Below, piece after piece: positions 11,736 to 23,287 of a stretch of DNA of 64,000 nt (positions within the stretch are counted from its first letter, which is position 1; each line of letters begins with the position of its first letter). Source of the DNA: Octopus bimaculoides (Eukaryota); assembly GCF_001194135.2 (NCBI RefSeq), contig NC_068985.1, forward strand, positions 116,022,136 to 116,086,135, in the 5' to 3' direction. The notes beneath the pieces were generated by a model, which was not told the DNA's origin, made no database searches, and worked only from the letters and a program-made list of their open reading frames with translations. The position numbers and the translations under genes were made by a program.

Positions 11736-13563
11736 TGTAATACGTAATACTAGTCGTACTAGTATAACACATTAATTACCCCCATTCTATGTCCAGAAGA
11801 TATAAATTATATCAGCCCAATCATGTTTAAATAAATTTTAAATGTAAAATGTCCTACTTGATAAATTAAAATTGAATACACTCACACACCACACACGCGC
11901 ACTCGCAGGCGCATATGCATATTACAAGAATAACACAGATTTGAAATTTTAACAGATTTGGAAATTTTCAACGAAAGCGTTACAAGGCTCAACAAAAATA
12001 ATTTCACGCGGTGATCAGTCATTCTATTAACAACAGCTTTATTCACTCATTTCTTTCGGGTGGAAAAAAAACGAAAAAAGGAGATATAATTCATTCACAA
12101 GGGAGCATATTATTTTGATTGGGTAATTCAGTATATTTCTATTTACGAATAAATAAATACATAAATAAAATCAATTTGATTGGTGATTCATTATCGAATA
12201 ATAAAAAGAAAAGAAACACAAACGAACAACAGTATTGAGTGTTTATAACAGTAAAAATACAGAGAAAACAATGGCAAATACGAACTAACAATAATTCGAC
12301 TTCAAAAAGTGAAAGCAATATATAGGAAAAAAAAACAGATGTCTCCTATTATTATGATTAATTATCATCTAGAGATAAAATATACATAAAAATGGCAGAA
12401 TCGCTAAAATGTAAATAGTGCAAATCAGCTGAGGTATACAGTAGGGTGGTTAGTGTTCGTGAGCCCAAGTGAATGGACGGAATTTGAAAGAAAGACGTAT
12501 ATGATATTAATGGAGAGGAGAAATTTACGCAAGCGCAGTATGTATGTATGTATGTATGTATGTATGTATGTATGTATGTACGTATGTATATGTATGTATG
12601 TACGTATGTATGTGTGTATGTATCTATGTATGTATGTATGCATTTATGCATGTATGCATACTTGTATTTATATATATATATATATATATACATATATANN
12701 NNNNNNNNNNNNNNNNNNNNNNNNNNNNNNNNNNNNNNNNNNNNNNNNNNNNNNNNNNNNNNNNNNNNNNNNNNNNNNNNNNNNNNNNNNNNNNNNNNNN
12801 NNNNNNNNNNNNNNNNNNNNNNNNNNNNNNNNNNNNNNNNNNNNNNNNNNNNNNNNNNNNNNNNNNNNNNNNNNNNNNNNNNNNNNNNNNNNNNNNNNNN
12901 NNNNNNNNNNNNNNNNNNNNNNNNNNNNNNNNNNNNNNNNNNNNNNNNNNNNNNNNNNNNNNNNNNNNNNNNNNNNNNNNNNNNNNNNNNNNNNNNNNNN
13001 NNNNNNNNNNNNNNNNNNNNNNNNNNNNNNNNNNNNNNNNNNNNNNNNNNNNNNNNNNNNNNNNNNNNNNNNNNNNNNNNNNNNNNNNNNNNNNNNNNNN
13101 NNNNNNNNNNNNNNNNNNNNNNNNNNNNNNNNNNNNNNNNNNNNNNNNNNNNNNNNNNNNNNNNNNNNNNNNNNNNNNNNNNNNNNNNNNNNNNNNNNNN
13201 NNNNNNNNNNNNNNNNNNNNNNNNNNNNNNNNNNNNNNNNNNNNNNNNNNNNNNNNNNNNNNNNNNNNNNNNNNNNNNNNNNNNNNNNNNNNNNNNNNNN
13301 NNNNNNNNNNNNNNNNNNNNNNNNNNNNNNNNNNNNNNNNNNNNNNNNNNNNNNNNNNNNNNNNNNNNNNNNNNNNNNNNNNNNNNNNNNNNNNNNNNNN
13401 NNNNNNNNNNNNNNNNNNNNNNNNNNNNNNNNNNNNNNNNNNNNNNNNNNNNNNNNNNNNNNNNNNNNNNNNNNNNNNNNNNNNNNNNNNNNNNNNNNNN
13501 NNNNNNNNNNNNNNNNNNNNNNNNNNNNNNNNNNNNNNNNNNNNNNNNNNNNNNNNNNNNNNN

Positions 13564-13632
<69 letters not shown>

Positions 13633-13894
13633 AGTGAAGAAGTCAAGACCCTACAAGTACAAATATGTATAGCTTGGCATTACTTCAAGCTCAGCAACAG
13701 GAGTTCAATTCCCAGTGTGAATCCAGTTCTTGTTTACTGATACCTACGTCATTTGTGATTGTATTCTTCCACATATAATCATGCCGAGTGTTTGATGCGA
13801 AGTCAATGAACGTTTTCAACACAGTAATATTTCGGGACGCAAAATTGAATTTTATAGAAATTGAGTCAAATTCTATGAAAACTGATAATGATAT

Positions 13895-14110
13895 ATTTTA
13901 CTTTTACTTGATTCAGTCATTAGATTACGGCCATACTGAGGCACAACCTTGAAGAAACCTAGTCAAACGAATTGACCCCATATACTTGCTTTTCTGTTTG
14001 TTTTCTTCTTCTTTTAAACTCGTACTTCCATTATTACCTATTACCGAATCGGTTGATAGCCGGTGTTGAAGTAAAAACGTCAACAGCAGTTCTCAAGCGG
14101 TGCGAAGATG
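13895..14110 (-). mobile_element. SINE C 3' half
   Basis: ttcagtcattagattacggccatactgaggcac tail; agcagttctcaagcgg; adjoining (CA)n. Confidence 0.65.
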
Positions 14111-14118
14111 CACACACA

Positions 14119-14163
<45 letters not shown>

Positions 14164-14325
14164 ATACACAACACACATACAGACATAAACACACTTACAT
14201 ACACACATACACACAAACACATACACACATACAGACACTGACGTTGATGTACACACGCACGCACACACATACACACAAACACACACAATGACACACACAC
14301 ACAATGACACACACACACACACACA

Positions 14326-14366
<41 letters not shown>

Positions 14367-14439
14367 GTTGTGTGAACACAAATGTAAAAATAGACATTTC
14401 AAGCATATGTGAAGGCCTACTTCAGGAAAATACAATCAA

Positions 14440-15480
14440 AGTTTAGAGAGAGAAGTGGGAAAAGGAAGATTTAACTCCTCAACGATAGGAGAGAAGTGCT
14501 CTTTGGTTCACCACTTATAAATTTAATTTCAAAAACGAATATAGAACAGATAACCCATTCACGAAGAAAATCAAAATTCAAAAATTTCATTCTGAAGCGA
14601 CGAAACAATTAGCAAAAAGTGAGTTATATTCACCAAAATCCATGACAACAATTCCAGAATACTCTGGAAGTAAAATAATCAAACGAAAATTATCTAAGTT
14701 TTACCTCCTTCTAGACTGCAATTTTTGCGGAACCGAGTCTACAAAATACACATCGAACATAAAATAAAACAACTTCGTAAACAATTACAAAGAGACAACC
14801 TCAATCCAGACTAACAAATGTACACAATCACTACAAAAGACGACATTATAACACAGAAAATATCAATGGATGCATCAATAGCAATACAAGGACTAATTTG
14901 AAAGATCGTGTTTTAGACCTCACTAACACAATTTTCGATACCTGACGGTACAAACCGAAGTCGAGAAAGATCAAAGATAATGAACCTACACAAAAAAATA
15001 GAAATTTTTCAGGACAATAAATTGATAGAACTCCTAAAATTTTCTCTAACACCAAAATACTCTAACTGTAATGAAATACAGGACGATATTTCACACTGCT
15101 GGAGAAAACTGCGGCATACAGAGGAATTATCTGATAAGGAAAACAGACAGGAGTCATTTGTAAGAAGCAAGCAGTTACAAACCTAAAAAAGTTAGGAATG
15201 AAGCATTGTATAAATTTAGAGATTTTTTCATCCACCTTCCTATACAAAGAACAACCACACTCCAAACTCAAATACTAGTTGAAAGGAATGAAGATTCATA
15301 CAAGTGCTCAAAAAAATTATGACATTATAATTAGGGAAGCAGATAAAGGAAGAGCTGTAATTATCATGGATGTTGAACACTATAAAATTGCTATATGATC
15401 TCAACTAAAATATAAGACCTATTACGAAAAGGTAGATAATTACCAACAACAAAAGAAGATGAAAAAACTGAACACTCCCA
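14440..15480 (+). mobile_element. Penelope-like element remnant, N-terminal RT region
   Basis: Plus-strand pieces ELLKFSLTPK, WRKLRHTEE, ESFVRSK and DIIIREADKGRAVIIMDVEHY; the ADKG motif is characteristic of PLE RTs. Many stops and frameshifts; 5' limit uncertain. Confidence 0.75.
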
Positions 15481-15663
15481 TTCATAGTAACCAAAAAGTT
15501 TTTTAAAAAATCAAAGAAATCCCCTTAAAACAATGCCTAGTTGAAAAAAACCCATTAAAAGCCTATATGCAAAGTGTTTCATAACAGGGTTGCAGACAGT
15601 GGCATATCAATGAAATCGTGATCAGAAATATATTACAGAATGTCAATTATATTGGCACCACGA

Positions 15664-15726
<63 letters not shown>

Positions 15727-15730
<4 letters not shown>

Positions 15731-16559
15731 GTCTGTTCAATAAGTATCCAGACTGTTGTCAGAGTAATGAAATTAAAGCACAGAGAGTGAAGCCGCTTGG
15801 CACAGATTGACCTTGAACTCTGCTGTGCATGCGCATTAATTTTTTAGATTCTAGCTCACTTCAGCTGTTTACAGCCGTGCTTGGAAGAAACGTGTGTAGC
15901 ATGTAATCGTCACATTGATCATGACAGAAAGTTGATCAGAGAATTTGCATCACATTTTGGCGAAACCTTGTCGATAACTGCTCAGAGGCCTACGCAAAGT
16001 TTTCAAAACGTTTTCATTGTTTTCGGCACAGTCAAGGAGATCCCGTGCAACTGAAACCCAAGTGTCTATTTGGTCAGCTGGAAGCAGTTTTGACACAAAT
16101 TTGGGACACACGCATCTCATACCCAAATGTTCTGTGATAATGGACTGAACTGAACCGTATCTAATTTGCACATCCTGTGATTCTACGATTTTCCCTCACA
16201 GCTACACGCACTTCTGCGAGGTTTTTCTCAGTTCTGCTGGTTCTTGGTCTCCCAGAACGTTCTTCACTATCGACATTCTTTCGACCATCTTGGAAGCGTC
16301 TGTTCCACTCGTACATTTGTGTGCAGCTCATGCACTCTTCTCCATACACTTTCTACAACTTGGCGTAGGCCTATGAGCAATTATCGCCATGATAACTTTC
16401 TCTGTCATGGTCAATGCGACGATCACAGTCTACACACCTTCTTTGGAAGCACGTCTTGCAGAGCAAAGTTCAAGATCGATGTGTACCAAGCGGCTTCACT
16501 TTTCGCGCTTTAGCTTAGTTACTATCTCAACCGTCCGGATGCTTATTGATCAGACCTCG
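15727..16559. mobile_element. Mariner-derived non-autonomous element made of two convergent 5' ends
   Basis: TIR-like cgtggtctgttcaataag / cttattgatcagacctcg|TA; minus strand encodes YGEECMSCTQMYEWNRRFQDGRKNVDSEERSGRPRTS and EHLGMRCVCPKFVSKLL (mariner HTH region); plus arm repeats the 5' UTR and transposase start. Confidence 0.88.
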
Positions 16560-16639
<80 letters not shown>

Positions 16640-16654
16640 CTCATATATATGATT

Positions 16655-18530
16655 TCATTCTTTCACACGTTTCAGCCTTCACGCTGCGGCCATGCTGGAG
16701 CACCACCAGCGTAATCTTGTCAATGACTAATCCTATGTGATTAGCTTTGGTGAAGGGGGGACTTCGACACTGTTGCCATCTTTTGAGTTTCCTGCTTGAT
16801 ATAGATTCATCAGGGATCTTGAATAACAGTAGGTCAAGTTGTGTATTAAATAAATATACTCCTACTCCATGAATTGCTGGAGATGTTTGCGTTTTGCAAA
16901 GGCATTAAAAAACGGTGAGCCATTGAATACCAAGACGGGGTAGCTGGGACCTTTGGAACAATAACGTAACGTCCAGTTCAGGGGCTGGAATAGCTCGCGA
17001 TATCAAAATGTTGTGCCGGTCCCTCCAGGGTCTTCCATACAGATATCATTGCATACCACTCTGGTGTTCGCTCCAAAGATTAAAGTTGTAGCTCTATCAG
17101 TCTCTCCAAGTAATTCATCTGTTGTATTGATGCACTCTACCTGGTACAGCGGCGCTGAACTGCCTCAAACTCTGCTATTAATTTGACACTGTAAGGTGAC
17201 CACAGTTGAGGACAGTAGTCCACACAGCTGTTTTCAAATGTCCAAAGATTAAAGTTGTAGCTCTATCAGTCTCTGCAAGTAGTTCAGCTGTTGTATTGAT
17301 GCACTCTACCTGGTACAGCAGCGCTGAACTGCCTCAAATTCTGCTATTAATTTGACACTGTAAGGTGACCACAGTTGAGGACTGTAGNNNNNNNNNNNNN
17401 NNNNNNNNNNNNNNNNNNNNNNNNNNNNNNNNNNNNNNNNNNNNNNNNNNNNNNNNNNNNNNNNNNNNNNNNNNNNNNNNNNNNNNNNNNNNNNNNNNNN
17501 NNNNNNNNNNNNNNNNNNNNNNNNNNNNNNNNNNNNNNNNNNNGGCGCTGAACTGCCTCAAACTCTGCTATTAATTTGACACTGTAAGGTGACCACAGTT
17601 GAGGACAGTAGTCCACACAGCTGTTTTCAAATGTCCAAAGATTAAAGTTGTAGCTCTATCAGTCTCTGCAAGTAGTTCAGCTGTTGTATTGATGCACTCT
17701 ACCTGGTACAGCAGCGCTGAACTGCCTCAAATTCTGCTATTAATTTGACACTGTAAGGTGACCACAGTTGAGGACTGTAGTCCACACAGCTGTTTTACAA
17801 ACGTCCTCTATAGAACCACTATAGCTTCCTGGTCCCTTATTCTGAAGCTTCTCAGGATCCATCCGGCCACTAACCGTCACACTCCCAACGTCTTGGTGAT
17901 GTGTACGTGAAATGAGTCATCGTTGCTCATACCACTTCCCAGATTACGCACTGTACGTGACTCTGGGATTACCGCCCCTTTTATTCCACGTTATGATTGT
18001 TGTGGCTTCTGAGCACCATTTAGCTGGTAGCGGAGGATCTGGAATTTACGTGCATTAAATTGCATGTTGTTTTCTTCAGCACCATTCATATATGGCATCG
18101 AGGTCTTTTTTAGTAAATTAGAATCAGAAGGCTCCTTGGCTGCTTATACTGCTTTTGTGTCGTCAGCATTGTTAATTAGTGCAGATATCTGTGTAACTGA
18201 TGTCTCGTCTGAAAGAGCCACCATAAACAGTAGCGTCCCCAATACTGTCCCCTGAGTGACAGCACTCTCTACTACTCTCTCCTTGGAGAGGGCCACATTG
18301 ACTGTCACATTGCCAAAGGTTGGCTTCTGTCTTTTAAGAAGTCTTGTAATCACTCACCCATTTTTACGATTATGCAGAATCTTCCTAGCTTGTGACATCT
18401 CATCCAGTGTTAGACCCTATTAAAAGCCTTTGCAAAATCGAGATATATCATATCCACGTTTGAGCGATTCCTTAAGTGTTTCAACATCCAGTCATAATTC
18501 AATTACGATTTAAAAGCAGTGCTAGTGTTG
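16655..18530 (-). mobile_element. CR1-clade LINE remnant (RT C-half and 3' end)
   Basis: NVDMIYLDFAKAF, VTQGTVLGTLLF, NADDTK, DYCPQLWSPYSVKLIAEFEAVQR, IPDE; 3' tail ggtgctccagcatggccgcag. Confidence 0.9.
17072..17802. repeat. 169-bp tandem duplication inside the CR1 remnant (A-B-gap-A-B)
   Basis: Unit starts tccaaagattaaagttgtagc at 17072, 17241 and 17634; diagnostic SNPs alternate between units. Confidence 0.92.
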
Positions 18531-19084
18531 TAAATATTGGCAACCCCACATACTCGATCTGTGTGTTCTGCTTGTTCGCCGCTTCACTGTGGCATAGCAC
18601 CTTAGATATGACTACCTCATCGCACTGGATGTGGAAACACTTGAAAGTCATAGACAAACAAGACAAGTCATCTCCCCCACCACCACCACCACCACCACCA
18701 ATCACAGTATCAGTATCCATCACTCCTGAATGGGATGGGTCTGAGTCGTTCGCCTATCTGTGAGAGTCTGGTCTTTGAAAACCCAGTGCTATGAGGGTAT
18801 CTTCACCAAAGCGTTATACCACACTTAAGCGTCGAACAAGCTGAACTCCAGCATTGAGTATGTGCGGTCGGTCATACACACGCACACATACATACATTGA
18901 CATACAAACATACATACACACACACACACACACACATATAGAGAGAGGGGGGAAAGAGAGAGAGAGAGAAAGAGAAAGAGGTAAGATAAAAAAAAAAACA
19001 CAGAAGATTTGTTTTACAGGATTTAAGAGTTTATTAGATCCACGATAATAAAGATATACAATCTTGTAGAAAATAAGGTTTTGT

Positions 19085-19143
19085 TCTTTCAACATAATTG
19101 AAGGACGGGTTTCGCATTGCTCATCAAACTGAGAGTTGAAAGA
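19085..19143 (-). ncRNA. Minimal type I hammerhead ribozyme motif (C3>U variant)
   Basis: Minus strand: tctttcaac-tctcagt-TTGATGA-gcaatgc-GAAA-ccc-GTC-cttcaattat-gttgaaaga; located ~0.2 kb 3' of a PLE GIY-YIG ORF end. Confidence 0.65.
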
Positions 19144-19314
19144 GATAAATTGCTAGGGAAAAAAAAATATTGCCAGGGGAGATAATTGTTCATTCATTTG
19201 TTTTTCAGTAAAGGGGAGGTAAATCCGTAATTTATTTTATTTTATTTTATTTTATTTTTTGGTGTGTGCTCTGCTTTATTCTGGGTTACATCTTCCATTA
19301 GAAGGGGTAAGTCC

Positions 19315-20210
19315 TGTATTTTTAATAGGGTTTCATATTTAATTCTGGTTTATATTTTTGGGTAAATGAGGCTTCTTTATTCAGTCTTACTCATGTTGAC
19401 GTTCAGAAGGCAAGTTGATAAAATGGGAAAATTTCGAATTGTGGTTGTAATCGTCCTGCACATTCGCAATGTGTTGGCTGAGGTATATTTGGCGATATTG
19501 TGGGGAGGAAATTTGTTGTATCTGGACCGTACATCTCTTTCGGACCGAATGTCATGTAGATCCAATATAATTTCGATGGCAGCCCGAGCATCTAATTACC
19601 TAAATGAGGTTTTGGAAGGCGCAACAGAAGTTAAACTTGAACTTGAATTTTGTCCTTGTCTCAAATGAAATTCAGATCCTTCCAACATATTGGGATATGA
19701 TCCGCAATTAGGGCGACAGCATTTTACGAATCTTGCGTCCTTTGTTCTAGAGAAAAGTTTGGCATTGGTGAGCATTTTTGTTCAATGTTTTAAGCTTTTT
19801 GTTGCTCTTAATGATTTTATGGTTGCATAGACACTCCTTAAATGTGGAGACCCTATGGAGTATTGGAAGATTTTGGACGATGATATTGAATGTTTCTTTG
19901 TTTCTGGGGTTATATGTGCAGACATATAACCCCATGTTGTTGTGTCTGGCTTTTCTTAATGTTTTAATATTAATCGATTTTGCACGTTTAATTGCTTCAT
20001 TTATGAGTTGAGTTGCGTAGTGCCTGTCCTGAAGTACATTTTTAAGCAATCTTTGTTCTCTGGTACTTTTCTCGGATACTATGATGCGAATCCTTCTCGC
20101 AAGGTTGAAAGAGATCTCAATTTTGATATGTCTCGGGTATTTCCGAAAATGATATTTCCAAAAACGATTTTGAGGGATATATAATCCTGGCGGATTCCGT
20201 TTTACTTATA
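19315..20210 (-). mobile_element. Penelope-like element remnant, RT thumb plus GIY-YIG endonuclease
   Basis: ISFNLARRIRIIVS, QLINEAIKRAK, YVCTYNPRN, KCCRPNC, NLI*VIRCSGCHRNYIGST, PQFEIFPFY, KEASFTQKYKPELN. Confidence 0.88.
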
Positions 20211-20643
20211 ATCAGTTTTTAATTACGCTATCCACAGTGAGTGTTGGTCAACTCAGGTTAGTTAAAATTTATTCTAATTAGTTTTTCCTAATTTGGTAAA
20301 TCTAAATATCCTCATAAGTTTGCGTAGCTTCCGTCGAGAAAATAACGAAATTAATGAAAATCAGGAGAACGGAGAAAGGTGCACATCCGACTTTTATTAT
20401 GCAGTTATTTACATCGTTCTTATAGCGATATTGTTGAAATGATAGAACATATTATTTCGTGAAAATAATTGTAAATCACTACAAAAGTAATTGTAATATT
20501 AAATCGCAAACTTGAATAGAAATATAGCGCAAAGCAGTCAATCATATCTCACAAATTTCTTCGTAAGTGCAGCATGAAAAGAAAACTGGACCGCAGGGTA
20601 TATATGAAATAAGAATGTGTGAGATCCTCTTTCTTTCTTTCTT

Positions 20644-20685
<42 letters not shown>

Positions 20686-20697
20686 CATCTATCCATG

Positions 20698-20729
<32 letters not shown>

Positions 20730-20746
20730 CACCTATCCATCTATCC

Positions 20747-20779
<33 letters not shown>

Positions 20780-21087
20780 GATGTCTGTCTGTCTGTCTGT
20801 CTGTCTGACTTTCACACACTATCTCTTTAAGTGGGTGTGCGTGTGCCTGCGTGTGCGTGTATGAGTGTATAGGTGTGTGTATATGTGTGTGTATGTATTT
20901 GTTTGTCTGTACGTGGTTAAAATTTACAGCTAAAAGTACACGTATATATTTTTTGCATATAAACTGACAAGCACAAACACACACGCACATTAAGAGGACG
21001 AAAGAAGTAGTAAGAGGAGGGGTTAGAGGTGAAACAGGAGCAGGAGAGGTGGGTGGGACAAAGAAGATGTCGAAATAATGGATGCTA

Positions 21088-21345
21088 AAGAAGAAGAAGA
21101 AGAAGAAGAAGAAGAAGAAGAAGAAGAAGAAGAAGAAGAATGAGGAGGAGGAGGAGGAGGAAGAAGAAGAAGAAGAACAAGAACAACAACAACAACAAAT
21201 AGAAAGAAGAAGAAGATGAAGAAGAAGAAGAACAACAACAACAACAGCAACAAGTAGAAAGAAGAAGAAGAAGAAGAAGAAGAAGAAGAAGAAGAAGAAG
21301 AAGAAGAAGAAGAAGAAGAAGAAGAAGAAGAAGAAGAAGAAGAAG
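21088..21345. repeat. (GAA/GAG/CAA)n microsatellite
   Basis: Direct reading. Confidence 0.97.
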
Positions 21346-21661
21346 AAGCGGAAAAAAGACGAAAAGAAGAACAGAGCAAATGTAAACAAAAAGAAGAGAA
21401 AGAGGTAAAAGAAAAAAAGAAGAGTAAGATGAAGAAGAAAAGAAAGAGGAGGTTATAGTATTTTAGATGTAAGAGTTAATTTAGAAGCTTAGTCTCCATT
21501 ATACCATAACTTCAAGAGATTTCTTGAAGAAGCTAATTTCAAACATCTTACAACATATTTCATCTCCTGTAAGCTCATTGGCTCTTCATTCATTCTATAT
21601 ATATGTGTGAATGTGTTTGTATACGCGCGTATGGGTGCGTATGCGTACTTGTATGTGTGTG

Positions 21662-21718
<57 letters not shown>

Positions 21719-21781
21719 AGTTGCGTCAATTTAGACTTAGCACATCGTGCAATTCTTTCTTGATATTACTACCAATACAAC

Positions 21782-21936
21782 GGCGGCGTGCTGGCAGAAT
21801 CGTTAGCACTCAAGATCCTAATGCTTAGCAGCATTTCGTCCGTCTTAACGTTCCGAGGTCAAATTCCACCTAGGTTATGCACTGGAGTCGATTCCTTCGG
21901 AATTGCTGGCCTTGTGCCAAAATTTGAAATCCATAT
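21782..21936 (+). mobile_element. SINE A, internally deleted, old tail
   Basis: ggcggcgtgctggcagaatcgttagcac head; ggtcaaattcc; gctggccttgtgccaaaatttgaa tail. Confidence 0.85.
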
Positions 21937-21984
21937 TACACGGATACACATGTGTGTGTGTGTGTATGAGTGAGTGTAGGTGAA

Positions 21985-22318
21985 GAGGTAACGAAGAGGT
22001 AAAGACCCCCTTCGGTCACGAATGACCATGGGATTGCATCAAAAAAATATTTTAAAGTTGCCCTCCGCGGCACAAGTCCGGGCCTGGTTGTTTCTGGAAG
22101 ACCAGGAGTCACCCATACATACCAGCCTCCCTTTTCCACGGCAAAGGTTGATGAAGCGCGGCAGCAGTGACGTCGCAACTCATTTTTACGGCTGAGTGAA
22201 CTGGGGCAACGTCAATTAAAGTGTCTTGCTCAGAACACAACACAGAGACCGGCCAGGGGATCGAACTCAGTACCTCATGATCGTGAGCCCCACTCTCTAA
22301 CCACTCAGCCATGCGCTT
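21985..22318 (-). mobile_element. SINE family D, near full length
   Basis: Minus strand begins gcgcatggctgagtggttagagag...cacgatcatgaggtactgagttcgatcccc (A/B boxes), then gttgtgttctgagcaagacacttt core; tail ends cgaagggggtcttt. Confidence 0.82.
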
Positions 22319-23287
22319 TCTCTCTCTCTTCCTCGATCTTTCTTTGTATATGTGTATTTGTGTGTGTGTATACATGTGTATATACATATGTGCTTGTGTG
22401 TGTATACACACACACAATACTATGTATGTGTGTGTGTGTATGTGCTAGCATATAATTTCATGATTGAAAATTATACCAATGCCCGAAATGGTTTTTGTGT
22501 GTTTTTAAATGGCTTATAAACACATATATATATACATATATATATGCGTACATACATATATATATACATATATNNNNNNNNNNNNNNNNNNNNNNNNNNN
22601 NNNNNNNNNNNNNNNNNNNNNNNNNNNNNNNNNNNNNNNNNNNNNNNNNNNNNNNNNNNNNNNNNNNNNNNNNNNNNNNNNNNNNNNNNNNNNNNNNNNN
22701 NNNNNNNNNNNNNNNNNNNNNNNNNNNNNNNNNNNNNNNNNNNNNNNNNNNNNNNNNNNNNNNNNNNNNNNNNNNNNNNNNNNNNNNNNNNNNNNNNNNN
22801 NNNNNNNNNNNNNNNNNNNNNNNNNNNNNNNNNNNNNNNNNNNNNNNNNNNNNNNNNNNNNNNNNNNNNNNNNNNNNNNNNNNNNNNNNNNNNNNNNNNN
22901 NNNNNNNNNNNNNNNNNNNNNNNNNNNNNNNNNNNNNNNNNNNNNNNNNNNNNNNNNNNNNNNNNNNNNNNNNNNNNNNNNNNNNNNNNNNNNNNNNNNN
23001 NNNNNNNNNNNNNNNNNNNNNNNNNNNNNNNNNNNNNNNNNNNNNNNNNNNNNNNNNNNNNNNNNNNNNNNNNNNNNNNNNNNNNNNNNNNNNNNNNNNN
23101 NNNNNNNNNNNNNNNNNNNNNNNNNNNNNNNNNNNNNNNNNNNNNNNNNNNNNNNNNNNNNNNNNNNNNNNNNNNNNNNNNNNNNNNNNNNNNNNNNNNN
23201 NNNNNNNNNNNNNNNNNNNNNNNNNNNNNNNNNNNNNNNNNNNNNNNNNNNNNNNNNNNNACATATATATATACATATATATATATA

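Noticed and set aside
16775-16825. Minus-strand CTGATGA...GAAA resembling a hammerhead
   Set aside because: Stem II cannot pair; the sequence is the IPDE codons near the end of CR1 ORF2.
17072-17802. Regularly spaced repeats as a CRISPR array
   Set aside because: Contiguous tandem units without unique spacers, derived from LINE coding sequence in eukaryotic DNA.
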